Assembly (NCBI GenBank): GCA_051362555.1
Contig: CM120648.1
Location: 4,274,587-4,338,586 of the forward strand
Direction: 5' to 3'
Length of the DNA: 64,000 bases
Source: Lingula anatina
Lineage: Eukaryota; Animalia; Brachiopoda
Position numbers and translations under genes: made by a program. Shown piece after piece: positions 51,001-63,497 of this stretch. The first letter of the stretch is position 1, and every line of letters starts with the position of its first letter. Below the pieces are notes generated by a model, which ran no database searches, was not told where the DNA came from, and saw only the letters and a program-made list of their open reading frames with translations.

Positions 51001-54000
51001 ACTTTCCATTTTGAGAAAAAAAAACCGTTTTTCTGCATTTTCCATACACAGTGTATACTCATGCACCCAGGTGGAGGTTAAGGGAGCATGGGACTGGTGT
51101 AACATGAAAATCTGACTCCCCCAGTCAGATTTTCATAATGAAAATCTGACTCCCCATGAAAATTTGACTCCCCCACCACAAATGTTCATAAATCTTATTT
51201 TATTTGAGTATATGACTGTGATATTGTAGTATGTAAAATGGAGGATACTTTGGCACTTTTTTTTAAAGTTTGCAGGTGAATATTTTCATGAAAAAAGTAT
51301 GAAAATTAAAAATGTGCACTTAACCGCCCATTGTCTCCTCTTTGAAAAAGCTATTTATTTGATATTGGATGATCATTTCTACATCTTTCCTTTAAATTTA
51401 CTTTATGAAGATTATATTGGAAATATTTGAAAGTTTGATGGTAAACTATTGGGTGAAAAAACTAAAAAAAAAACATGAAAAATAGAAAATTAAAAATGTG
51501 CATTTTATCACCCAATAACTCCCCTATGAAAAAGCTATTTATTTGATATTTGATGATCATTCTGACATCTTTTCTATTAGGATACTTTATGAAAAATATA
51601 TTGGAAATATTTAAAAGTTTGATGATAAAATAGTGAGTGAAAGAATGAAAAATAAATCATGAAAATCTTCATTTTTATACCCATGAGATTTGGATTCCCA
51701 TAAAGAAAAGGACCTATTTTATATTCAGTCACCATACCATTGTTTTCTACATAGTTTGCACAGAGATGTACATTTTGTTATTATTTGAAAGTTTGGTGGT
51801 GAAAATTTTGGTGAATATTTTTAAAACAAGTATTCATCTTACTACCTGTAGGTTTTGCACTTCCATGTCAAAATGCTACATTTTTAACTCAAGAAATTGG
51901 CCCCATCGCCTTTTTACTGAATTCTTCTTATATAGCATACCCAGTATTTTACCATTCAAACTTTCAACTTTCAACTTTCAAATATTTCCAGTATATTCTT
52001 CATTAAGTATCCTTAAAGAAAAGATGTCAGAATGATCATCAAATATCAAATAGATAGCCTTTTCATAGGGGAGTCATTGGGTGTTAGAATACAAATCTTT
52101 AATTTTTCTTATTTTTCATGTGTTTTTTTATTATTTTTTTCACCCAATTTTTTAACCATCAAACTTTCAAGTACTTTCAATATATTCCTCATAAAGTATC
52201 CTCAAAGAAAAGATGTCAGAATGATCATCAAATATCAAATAAATAGCTTTTTCATAGGGGGGTCATTGGGTGTTAGAATATAAATCTTTAATTTTTCTTA
52301 TTTTTTAATGTGTTTTTTTATTATTATTATTTTTTTCACCCAATTTTTTAACCATTAAACTTTCAAGTACTTTCAATATATTCCTCATAAAGTATCCTCA
52401 AAGAAAAGATGTTGAAATGGTCATCAAATGTCAAATAAATAGCTTTTTCATAGGGGAGTCCTTGGGTGGTAAAATACAAATCTTTATTTTTTTTATTTTT
52501 TCATGAAAATTTTCACCTGCAAACTAACAAAAAGTGCCAATGTGTCCTCCATTATGCATACTACACGATCATAGTTATTTACTCAAATTAAATTAGATTT
52601 TTGAATGTTTTTTTGGGGGGAGTCAGATTTTCATGGTACACCGGGCCTCTGAGGCCCGGTTTCAGGGTTTACGAAGGGTTCCATTTCCTTGTGGATGAGG
52701 GTTAAACATATAAATAGATAAGTAGGTCACGTGAAACCGTGTCAGTTTTCATATTGGGGCCTGTATATTATGACATTTTTCTTGTACATTACAGAAAATT
52801 ATGACAAAGGCTCGGGGGACACGCAGGCAGATGGTGGTGACCTTGCTGAGTACTTCAGTAGGCTGGAACTGGCAGGGAGGCAAGAAGAGAGAACGGACAG
52901 CAGTGATGTGTCCGTTCCAACAATGGCGGACATACTAGTTGCTATGGCAACCACACCAGGTGAGGGAATAAGAGAAAAGGTTTCTGATAATTAGATTCCT
53001 TATGTCTCAACCAGTTACATCGTATAAATTCTGTCTCAGCCAAGAATATCTAGCAAAATCTGTCTCAACCAAGAAAATCTAGCACAATCTGTCTCAACAG
53101 TGTACTGCTAAGACAGTGTGTCTCAACAGCGTTCATCAAACACAATGTGTCTTGACCAAGTACAGCTAATAATGTGCCTCAATCAATTACAACTAACAAA
53201 ATCTGTCTCAACATCTTACACGATCTGATCTGTCCCAGCCAAATACAGCTTACATAAAACACTCAAATTTCATTTGTCCTTTTTGTTTCAGATTATGTTT
53301 CCTGGCGCAATGAATCCCTAGGCACTTGGTTTATCATAGCTCTTGTTTATGCAATCAGTAAATATGCCCATAAGTATGATATTTCTCAGATACTCACCAA
53401 GGTATTTTATCATTTTTTTTTTTTATTTGTTGATGACTTTTTGTTTTCAGCTGGGAACATTTGTTAAACGATTAAAGTCATAATAACTCTTCGTTTTGGC
53501 CAAAAATACGATTTTCCTGGAAAAAAACGGCAATTTTCCCGTACTTACCAATGGTCAACGACCCCCTTCCTGCATTCAAAGTTAATCCAGGGTTTTTTTC
53601 CTAAACGTACGGTTTTTTGTTAAAATCTCTTAAGAGATTTTAACTGACGGAGCCCTCTCTCTTACATGGCAGTCATGCGATATCGAGCGATAGTTTCTGG
53701 TGACCTACTTAAAACCGCGGGAAAAGCAGACAACAACAACACTATATAACAATATTATAAGATTCATAAGATATATTCGTCTTATTGCTCAAAATGCATT
53801 TATATCTACAATGTGTGCAATTCTGGGCTTTTCTTTATCCGACGAACTGTACAAAAACTCGCAACTTACATCTGAGGGTTTCCCGCCAATGTTATTTTGG
53901 TCTCGATTGAACGCGAGAATCCGCGTGACACCTAAACGTCATTGGCAACGGATGCACTTGTCGACCGTGAAGAAATGGCATCAAAAGCCCAAGTGACAAG

Positions 54001-54560
54001 CACAGATTTTGGTTTTACTACAATAACAGTCGTTTTAGTGGGAAAATGCAATAGAATATATTTCCAGGCGTTGTTTACAATGTATTTCTTGGGGAATTTT
54101 GAATCTCAAAGGAAGAGTTATTATTGCTTTAAATAAGTAAACGAATATCCCCAGTCTATGGGCTATTGGTTTAGGAGCACATGCTAAATAAACATAGTAG
54201 CACACAGTAGGAATCAATAGACCAAAAATATTGAAAATTATGAATATGCAAGGTTGTAGATTTAAAAAAAAAATTACAAAATTAATGTTCTGAAGAGCAG
54301 CCTGAGTGCTTCCTATATAACTACATCATAAGGGTGAGTCTAATGTCTTGGACAGTTATATTCAGTTGTTTTTAAAATATCAGGGAAAAATGAATCCAGT
54401 GTATTCTGGAAAGTTTCTATGTCTTCTTAATCTCAACTTGTAGGTAAACTACTTGGTAAGCAAAGGAGAGACCATCAAGGGCAAATATCGTCAAGTTTCA
54501 CAGTGGAGGAGTTCTCTCCGAAAAAAGTTCTATTTCTTTCCTGGTTTACATCAGAGCTAA
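45217..54560 (+). CDS. CARD-containing initiator caspase (caspase-2/9-like); exons 45217-45348, 48219-48321, 48766-48903, 49317-49414, 49860-50030, 50148-50367, 52795-52959, 53292-53401, 54444-54560 (~417 aa)
   Basis: CARD (IRKNRLALIQDM..YLVQEGVLT..ILDDIPRRGPGAF), GRAVIINN, RKGS, ILSHG, KPKLFFIQACQG, ATTPDYVSWR..GTWFI, LRKKFYFFPG; phases consistent. Confidence 0.93.
45704..47899. mobile_element. 2.2-kb non-autonomous TIR element (TA-flanked) carrying an internal satellite, caspase intron 1
   Basis: Perfect IR tacggtaaagtcttgaaaatttcgtcg / cgacgaaattttcaagactttaccgta; repeated subterminal GACGAAnTTTTCAA motifs; no transposase ORF. Confidence 0.85.
46200..47345. repeat. Hierarchical tandem repeat (~230-320-bp units built from CGCGAACGATCTCCC sub-repeats)
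   Basis: Unit starts near 46204, 46485, 46807 and 47035 (aataatgatctcccgctgacgatc-like), each full unit with two G-tracts. Confidence 0.85.
50520..52701. mobile_element. piggyBac-like non-autonomous element in caspase intron 6
   Basis: ttaa|ccctcaatcac ... gtggatgaggg|ttaa; palindrome CCGGGCCTCTGAGGCCCGG at 50725-50743 and 52641-52659, variant at ~50538. Confidence 0.72.
51096..52642. mobile_element. Foldback-type element with long modular inverted arms, nested in the piggyBac-like element
   Basis: ggtgtaacatgaaaatctgactcccccc / gggggagtcagattttcatggtacacc; complementarity continues >500 bp with ~140-bp tandem subunits in both arms. Confidence 0.85.
53025..53245. repeat. Degenerate ~28-bp minisatellite (aatctgtctcaacc core)
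   Basis: About eight recurrences of tctgtctca / tgtgtctca at regular spacing in caspase intron 7. Confidence 0.65.
53476..54128. mobile_element. Kolobok-like element in caspase intron 8 (longer relative of 16306-16642)
   Basis: ttaa|agtcataataactcttc ... gaagagttattattgct|ttaa. Confidence 0.78.
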
Positions 54561-56188
54561 GACCAGGAGGTGCTGCCCTCTTCTGGACATACTGCAAGAT
54601 GATGTACTGTTACAAACAGTCTACAGGTGGCAGTGTGATAATTCTAATTCATCTCAGGACAATTCCAAGCAGCAATGTGTGACACTATCATGTGTGGTCC
54701 CTGAGTTGGGCTTTTGAAGCCTAAAAATGAACAACTTTTATCATATCATAGCTGGTTCATTCCACAAAATATTGACTCTCTGAGGCATGCCATTTTGTGT
54801 AATATTTGCATTTGTTGTACATCACTTTTTAACTACTGTCCACTTCTTTCCACTTTTAATGGTATTAAAGCATAAAATAGCAAAAATAATGGTTCATGTT
54901 AGAATATATAAAATATTACACAAAATGGATCATTGATATTGCCTCCAAAAGTCACTTTTTTTTGAGGAGTGACACACATATGATAATCAAAACTCATTCA
55001 TTAAAGGTAGCAACATCCTGTGGATGTCCATGAAGTAAAGCTGTATTGTGCCTAAAGGTATGGGGAAATAAAATAACAAGAGGAGTATTCCCAACTCCAG
55101 CTTCATCATGTGTTGTATATGAAATTTGGAAAAGTTGTCTAATCTGTCATTAGACAGCATGATTCTTACTGCTAGAGAGTGATCATTCTATGAAGAAATT
55201 TTATGAAATGCTTCAGCTTTTCAGCAGATTTTTTTTTTTTATCATTAATGATATGCCTGGAGTGTATTTTTATCCACTGATCTTTAAGACTGATGTATAT
55301 AATTGTTTTTTAATGGCATGCTCATGGCAGAAGTTTGCTGACAGATACTTGTCTACAGTCGAGTTTGAGCAATAAGAACGGTTTATCTCTAGTGACATTG
55401 AATTTCTTTAGTATTCACTGATGAGACTTTTCCGACTTTTGTCGGAATTCTGACTTTTTCAGGGTCATTTGGGTAATTCTTGTGAATTGTGTAAATCCTA
55501 CTTTTTCAGTGAGGACTGGTCTCATGCCTGAGTATTGAATAAATGTTAATTTTGCATTACAGTTAGTTATATAATTACTACGTAAAGCAAAGCATAATGA
55601 AGCTGGTTTCTTATCAGATTTAAATGTGTTTCTTGGATTCTAGTGACCAGCGTTCTTTGTTACAACTTACGTTTATACAATATGTTATTAAAAGAACAGA
55701 TTCTAGATAATCGTGTTATAGTAGCGGTTACAGTTCCTCACACTGCTATGTCATCTCAGAGATCGCCCTGTGTACCTGTGATATCATAGAAAAAGTGGTG
55801 TGCCTTAGTTTTATTTATTTGTTTTGAACCAAATACTTTCAAACCAGTTTTCACTTTATCTTATTCTGTGTAATCCGTTAATTCCGCAGATTTGTATTTT
55901 GTATGAAGCGCTTTGTGTAACAATCTGGGTGTTTTTGAAATGACATTGACAATGTAACCTTAATAAATTGTTGAAAGCATTAGTTGAATGGTTAATTGTT
56001 TAATCTGCTGAAAGTCGCATCATTGTGCGATGAGTGTCAGGTTGTCAACTTGGCCGAGAGGAACCCCACTCCCTTCACAAGTAAAGTACTCTGGGGTGCA
56101 AAATGATTGCAAAGATTAGCAAAATATGTTAGATATCGTGAAAAGGTAAATTGCAAAATTAAAAGATAATTTGGACGACAAGTAACCG

Positions 56189-56251
<63 letters not shown>

Positions 56252-56720
56252 GACTCCCAAAACAATGCGCGCTGATTTGCAATAGAATTAATTACGACAG
56301 AATCATTATTATGAATATTATCATTAATAATTTAATTATTAAAATATCTTAACAATAATAATAAGCATTATCAATAAGATTATCATTTTTTCGTTTTATG
56401 CTTGCCTGAAAAAAGGTGATAATATCATGGCATTGTGCATAAATTGCGCACAATATCAAATAATTTAAAAATGATTATTTGAAAAGTTTAACATTACGTG
56501 AATTGTTCACGATTGCCAATTTCCTTTTTGTATTGGTCCTGAATTTCCCGCTTGCTTTTTCTAACTGACCCAAATTAAAGTGATAACTACACCGATGATA
56601 TACTACCACTATAACAGACGTACAGATTAATTCAAGCAGCCCTTTCTTAGCAGTTAAAGTTGCTCTTTATTACTTCGTCTCTGAAGATTGTGATTCTGAC
56701 CACGATATCTAGGACTGAAC

Positions 56721-59700
56721 ATGGGATACGGACTGAAAAAGATGTCCTTGGCGCTCTCTGCCGTGGTCATAGCATATTTACTTATGTACAGTGGAACCAA
56801 GTTTGATCCAGGTACGTGAGAGGTAAAGACAGAACGGAACACAGGTGTGTAGACTTAATAGCAAGATAAATCGCATTTGGAAATTCAGGCGAGAAACACG
56901 GGTTTGCCGATGTTATGTGTAGGTAACAGAGAGTCCCCTGTGATACACTGTGAGGTTCACATTTATTTGTACGGGTAAACCACGACATAAATTTTGATAC
57001 TTCGTCACGTCACGCTTACGTCACGTACGTCACGCTTACGCTCACCTGTATGTATCAAATGGAGGACAGGTCCTCTGTTACCTGGACCAGCAGTGCATGT
57101 TGTCTTAACACCGTTGGTGTAAATGTGGGGATGAATATATTGTTTGGTGCCCAACATTTGTTCCGCTTCTCTTTTCAGGTATGGAGATGGAGGGTTTCCT
57201 TTATCTGTACTGTGTGTACGACCTTTATTTTCCCTTTAACCTTATGTCCTCTACTGATTAAATTATTGACATACCCGTGAGAAGTGCCCCGTGCTATCAA
57301 TCACACATCCTCTACCAGGGTTAAAGACAGGATTATTTTACTACAGTATAGTAATATATTCACAGATATTCCTCAGTTTATTCTCGTATATAAATTTTGG
57401 GAAAAATCATGCTGGCCTCACCCAGCTGGCCTCTAAAAGACTTGCCTTCGCACGTTAATTACCCCACCAAACTAAGGCTTCATTCACATGCAATGTCTAT
57501 TTTCTAAATTCTATTTTCTATTCGCGGTATGTCTTATGATCACGGCCTGTGCCCTGAATATCCCGCGGCGTAATTACTGGCAGCGTGAGCCAGTTACTAT
57601 AAGTTACTATAAGTAACTGGCTCGCGCTGCCAGTAATTACGCGGCGGGATATTCAGGGCACAGACCGTGATCATAAGATAGCGCGAATAGAAAATAGATT
57701 TTTAGAAAATAGACATTGCATGTGAACGAAGCCTAACAAGGGATTTATATGGATTTTATGAAGTATATGCACAAACTTGGCAGGAAATAATTGTGGCAGA
57801 CAAAACAGTCACACGTTTTTCCCCGTAACATATTGTGTTTTTTTTTTTTCGAATTGTCGGTAGCCCTAAATGCGCATAAAAGAGTTAGCATAGAAAGAAT
57901 TAATATCATGCCCAAAGTTTTTTTATCCAGTCTCTTCAATCTATTTTTCCAGCCGACGTCCAAGACAAGAAAGTTCTGATAACAGGAGCGTCGTCTGGAA
58001 TTGGAGAACAGATGGCGTACCATTTTGCCAAGATGGGAGCAAACCTGGTCTTGACTGCCCGCAGAGAGCATCGCTTAAAAGAGGTATAACATTCTTTAGA
58101 CGGACAGGGGGAACGAACTTGGGCAGCGCAAGTGTTACCAACCTTGAAACGTTGTCTAGTTTCTTAAAAAATTCACCAGCATTAAAAAAACTCATTTTTA
58201 CAATAAGACAATAAAAATAGGGTCTTGTACGTACATCTTGCCTTTTAATTCATTTATCTCATAAAAAAGTACCGATGCGTGAATATGTGAATGCGTTTAA
58301 ATTCAACTGCTTCGGTAAAACTGCCTTATATAGCTATAGACCAAATGGAGACTTATACAATTCTAACACGGCCACTAAGCCACCAGCCCTACCCTGATTT
58401 CTTAATGACTTCTAACTAAGTGCTCTGATGTATGCTAAGTGTTGTCGGTGTAGCTGTATAATATTTGAACATTGTTAATTATAATTTTGTTAATTGTAAG
58501 TTGGCATATTTTTTGATAATAATTCTCTAAAGGTTGTGGAACGGTGTAAGAAACTGTCTCCCAAACCAACCGCTAACCATGCCTATATTGTCGCTGACAT
58601 GAGGGAGCTAGACAAAACGAAGAACGTTATAACGGTAAGCAGCATAAATCTCTTCAAATGCCACAAACTCATTTCAACTAAAGATCATTATTTTAAGAAA
58701 AATCTTCATTCACATGTTGAGAAGAAAATTCCCATAGTCTGAGCGTTCTGATACGAAAACGTTTCTGATTTCCCTAGGTCTTTATACACTGTATATGCGA
58801 CATCAAAACAACAGAACTTAGTAAATGTACTAGCAAACACAAAGTTATAACGTTGCCATAACGTAAATAGGCCTACATTCAAGATGACGTTATTGGAATG
58901 TTATGGCACCGTTATAAAATGCCGAGTTTACTTGGCATCTGTAAGTAGTAATCTGTTCTCCTATGTCTAGTTTAGCGTCAACAGCCTGAAAGGTCTGGAC
59001 ATCCTGGTACTTAACCATGCCAGGATATCCGTCTCCAACATGTGGTTTGGGAGCCAGCAGAACCTGACAGATATGGCAATGGAGATGGACATCAACTTCA
59101 GAGCATACGTGCATCTCGCCTCACATGCACTTCCACACTTACTGAAGAGCAAAGGGAGGATTGCATTTGTTTCCTCTACAGCAGGTTCCCTGTTATTTAT
59201 CTGTGAACCGAGTATTTTTCAAGTGATTTCTAATCGTACACTTTGTCCAGATAATTCACGCCCGTCACTTGACGTTATTTAAAGTCTGCTCCATATTACC
59301 ACACCCGAGTTTCATAGGTCTCTAAAACTTTGCTTTCCTATGCATTATGCATATGTTTTACTGAAAAACCCTTTTTACCTTGCTGACACATGCAATTTCT
59401 TTCAGAAAAGGTCCCAGTGCCAGGAATGGCAGTGTACACGGCGTCAAAGCACGCAATCCAAGGGTTCTTTGGTGTACTTAGGCAAGAGATGGTGATGAGA
59501 AACACAGGTGTTTCCGTCACTTCGTGCATAGTGGGCGGGACCAGTAAGTGACTTTATCACAAATCAACAAATCAACTGTTATCCTCTCGTTGTAATGTTA
59601 AGTTCACAACGTGGAACTATTTACAATCGAGCTCTTGAATATTGTGGATGCTTGCATGAAAGGCACATGCCGCATTAATTGCATACCATAAAGACACTTC

Positions 59701-60067
59701 CACACGCAGACATATACATGTAAAGATTAATTTGACCTTCAATGCCAACGTTTTCAAACCTAAAGGTTTTTCAATAAAATATTTAAAAGAGGAAGAAAAC
59801 GTCGAAATACATTTGGAAACCTTAACAAACATTTCAGGAACAGAAAATGTGATGGAGTTATTCAAACAGAAATTTGGAGAGGAAAAGTTGAAGGGGCTTA
59901 ACTTTGCGGATCCAACAGCGGTTGCTTTGGAGATCGTCAAGGCAACTGTTGCTAGGCAATACGAAGTGTTCACGAGTTCCGATAAATGGTCATCAATATT
60001 GATGTTCCTCGGAAAAATATCACCAGAATTTGCTGACCAAGTTACCCTGAAAGTACTTTTTGAGTAG
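56721..60067 (+). CDS. 11-beta-hydroxysteroid dehydrogenase 1-like SDR, copy 1; exons 56721-56811, 57953-58083, 58533-58634, 58971-59184, 59406-59543, 59838-60067 (~301 aa)
   Basis: N-terminal anchor, [34 protein letters not shown] (suggests NADP), [24 protein letters not shown] (YxxxK), GFFG.LRQE; resembles the HSD11B1/HSD11B1L family. Confidence 0.9.
57476..57733. mobile_element. Fully palindromic PIF/Harbinger-like MITE (TAA TSD)
   Basis: taa|ggcttcattcacatgcaatgtc ... gacattgcatgtgaacgaagcc|taa; arms pair almost to the centre (~57605). Confidence 0.88.
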
Positions 60068-60504
60068 AGAAACAGTGACTGAGAAAAATGCAAAATATAA
60101 ACTTGAAATGTATTAATAAAATCGTACTGCATATTTTGCCTTTGTGAAACAATACATAAGAATTATTTTATGGAAAATATGTATGATAGATTTTTCGAAA
60201 CAAAAAAGTGTTTTGCGTTTTGTACACAAGAGGGGTCTTGGGAGGTAAACATTGTTACGAAATTGTACTGACTACTGGCGAAAACTGGCATATTAAGTAT
60301 GGTTAACGGCCTTGAATAATTTGTAATATTAGAATTTTTAAAACAAAATTTATACACAGAAATTACTCTGGCGATTATGGAAATGGTTTGAATGACCAAG
60401 AAGTGGGTAAAGGACTACGGTTCCAAGCGAACTACCATTCCTGTCACACCGACATGCAAAACAAGAATCCGCGTTGGTAGGGTAAGTTTTATAATTGTTA
60501 TTAT

Positions 60505-60526
60505 CACACGCGCGCGCGCGCGCGCG
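60505..60526. repeat. (CA)2(CG)9 alternating purine-pyrimidine tract
   Basis: cacacgcgcgcgcgcgcgcgcg upstream of SDR copy 2. Confidence 0.9.
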
Positions 60527-61050
60527 AGCACGAATATTTGCGATAAGTAAAGGGGGTGAAACTGTATGTGCCGGAGCAAATGTCGTTTAGGAAGCTAATT
60601 ACGATAGTGACTCCCAAAACATGGTGAGTGCGCGTTGGTTTGCAATAGACCTAATTACGGCAGAATCATTATTATTAATATTATCATTTATAGTAAATAA
60701 CTTCACAATAATAATAAGCATTATCAATAAGATTATCATTTTGCCGTTTCACGCTTGCCTGAAGAATTTTGATAATATCATGCCATTGTGCATAAATTGC
60801 GCACAATATCATCAAATACTTTAAAATGCTTACTTGAAAACATTACGTGAATTGCTCAGGATTGTCATTTGCCCTTTTCAATTGGTGGTGAATTCCCCGC
60901 CAAATTCAACACTTCTTTGCTTTTCTTGACTGACCTAAATTTAAGTGATAACAGACACTAATAAAATACTTCGACTGTATCAGACAGTGTAGCTTGTATT
61001 TACTTCGTCTCTGAAGATTGTGACTGTGACCACGATATCTAGGACTGAAC

Positions 61051-61334
61051 ATGGGATACGGACTGAAAATGTCCTTGACGCTCTCTGCCGTGGTCATAGC
61101 ATATTTACTTATGTACAGTGGAACCAAGTTTGATCCAGGTATGTGACTGTGTAACAGGAATGGAAGTCCGCTAGGAACCGTTGTCTGCCCCCAGTTACTT
61201 TGTACAGGTGACATTCGTCCTATATACTAACCCCAATACTTGGACTATAACCCTTACCTTTACTTATCATATGGGACCCCGGACTTCCATTCCTAGGACT
61301 TCAATTCCTGTTACACGGTTCCTTTTTATTCTAT

Positions 61335-61373
<39 letters not shown>

Positions 61374-63497
61374 TTTTTTGTCCCACATACTTCACGTTAA
61401 CCCAATAACCTGTATGAATCTTATGAAGGGCGGACTCTTTGTTACACCTTCCCTTAATTTTGTCTTAACACCGATGGGGATGACAACTGGTGAACTAATG
61501 AAAGGCAAATTGTTTGGTTCTTGCCAGTTCCCTGACAGCTGGTAAAGTAATTCTATAGGTCTTCACTGGGTGCACAACTAATTTAGATCCAAAATGTTCT
61601 TTTTCCATGTCTCCTTACGTGACCCAACATTAAGTGATAATGATATTGACATAACCACCCTTAGAATTAGGTCGCACGATGACACGTTCACCTTTCCCCC
61701 TCACCAGGTCACGGAGAGGATTATTTTACAAGATATTCACAGATATTTCTCTGACTATTCTTAGAATGTTTCTGTACTTCGATTTTTTTTGGGTACATTT
61801 GGTCATGTTTGTCGCCAAGGGATTTGCAACAACTACGGATCTCTGAACAGCGATGATAATAATACAGAAAATAATATATATATGAGCGTTTTGATAATTG
61901 CTATTCAAAACCAATCTATTTTCCAGCCGACGTCCAAGACAAGAAAGTTCTGATAACAGGAGCATCGTCTGGAATTGGAAAACAGATGGCGTACCATTTT
62001 GCCAAGATGGGAGCAAACCTGGTCTTGACAGCTCGCAGAGAGAATCTCTTGAAAGAGGTTCATAACATTTTTCACTTTTTTGAGCTGTACTTATCAATAT
62101 TTGTCAAGAGCTAGGGGAAACACAGCGCAATTGTTTCTAGCCCTTATTAGTTTTCTAGTCCGTTGGAGTTTACACCAATCTTATACTTACATTCACCATA
62201 AATTTTATAACTGATGATATGGTCTCTCCCGTTCAATCTCCAGTGATTTATTCATCTTTTTTAAAAGGTATTAATGTTATATGAATGTGTTTCAGCGCCT
62301 TCGGTGAAACTGACTTAAATAGCTACAGACTAATGGCACACGTATGCCTATCTAAGTTGGCCACTAATCCACCTTCCTTACACTGATAAAAAACTTCTCA
62401 CAAATTACTTTCATGTGTGCAAAGTTTGGTCACTGTAGCTGTCAAATCCTTTTAAAGTGTTACCTTATGGACCTATATTATTATATTTTAAAATATTTTT
62501 TTAGGTTATAGAAAAATGTAAGAAGCTGTCTCCGAACCCAACCGCTAGTCATGCCTATATAGTCGCTGACATGAAAGAGCTGGAGAAGACAAAGGAAGTT
62601 ATAAAGGTGACCAAGAAACATGACTATCTGTATAGACCCCGCTTCATGACTGTTACATAGCCACTGTATAACGGTGAGATTGTAATGAAATAAAACTTGA
62701 TACCGAGCTGTGATTTTTTGTAAAGAAAATGTAAAATGCGCTAGATCACTCTTTGCGCAACGTAAGGACTTCATGCACACTGATGGGCAAATTTTTGTAT
62801 CAGTTAGGAATATTAAAAGGCATGAGGGGGGATTTTTACAACAAACTGAACATGCAAATATAATTTCTTCATCGGGTGTGGTGCGTGGGATGTGGCATTA
62901 CACAAAAAATAAAGATCATACTGTCGAAAAATGGAACCTTGAAAATATACTTTGGTGCCGCCATTGGAAGAATTGGAAAAGGATATATTCAAAACTTCTC
63001 CCTGGCTGTTATTAGTAAATATATGATCTAGTACATATTCAATACAGTAATTTGATGGGTGGAAAGCCAACAGAACTCATGCAGTGATCGATCACAATAA
63101 GAGAGCATTTTTTTTTCGAAAATTGACACAAGAAAACAATTTAATCCATCCTGGTAATGAATAATCAATAGCAATGCGTAGTAGGGCTGTCAAGATTTCT
63201 CACTCATGAAAACAGCAATGACGATGACGAGAGATTTTTTTTAAAATTAAATTTTTATAGCGACCCTCCTGTTTTTCCAGTTTAGTGTGGACAGTCTGAA
63301 AGGTCTGGACATCCTGGTGCTTAACCATGCCAGGATACCAAAAATGTTCGACATGTGGTTTGGGAGCCAACAGAACCTGACAGATCTGGCAACGGACATG
63401 GACATCAACTTCAGAGCATACGTGCATCTCGCTTCACACGCACTTCCACACTTATTGAAGAGCAAAGGGAGGATTGCATTTGTTTCTTCTGTCGCAG
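61051..63497 (+). CDS. HSD11B1L-like SDR, tandem copy 2 (3' part beyond the window); exons 61051-61138, 61927-62057, 62505-62606, 63281-63497
   Basis: Same exon structure as copy 1 with in-frame one-codon indels in exons 1 and 4; the YxxxK exon is not in the window. Confidence 0.85.

Noticed and set aside
53025-53245. Regularly spaced short repeats that superficially resemble a CRISPR array
   Set aside because: Degenerate head-to-tail minisatellite in a eukaryotic intron; no unique spacers and no cas genes.
59617-60132. 171-aa minus-strand ORF
   Set aside because: Antisense shadow of the last SDR exon with no recognisable domain.
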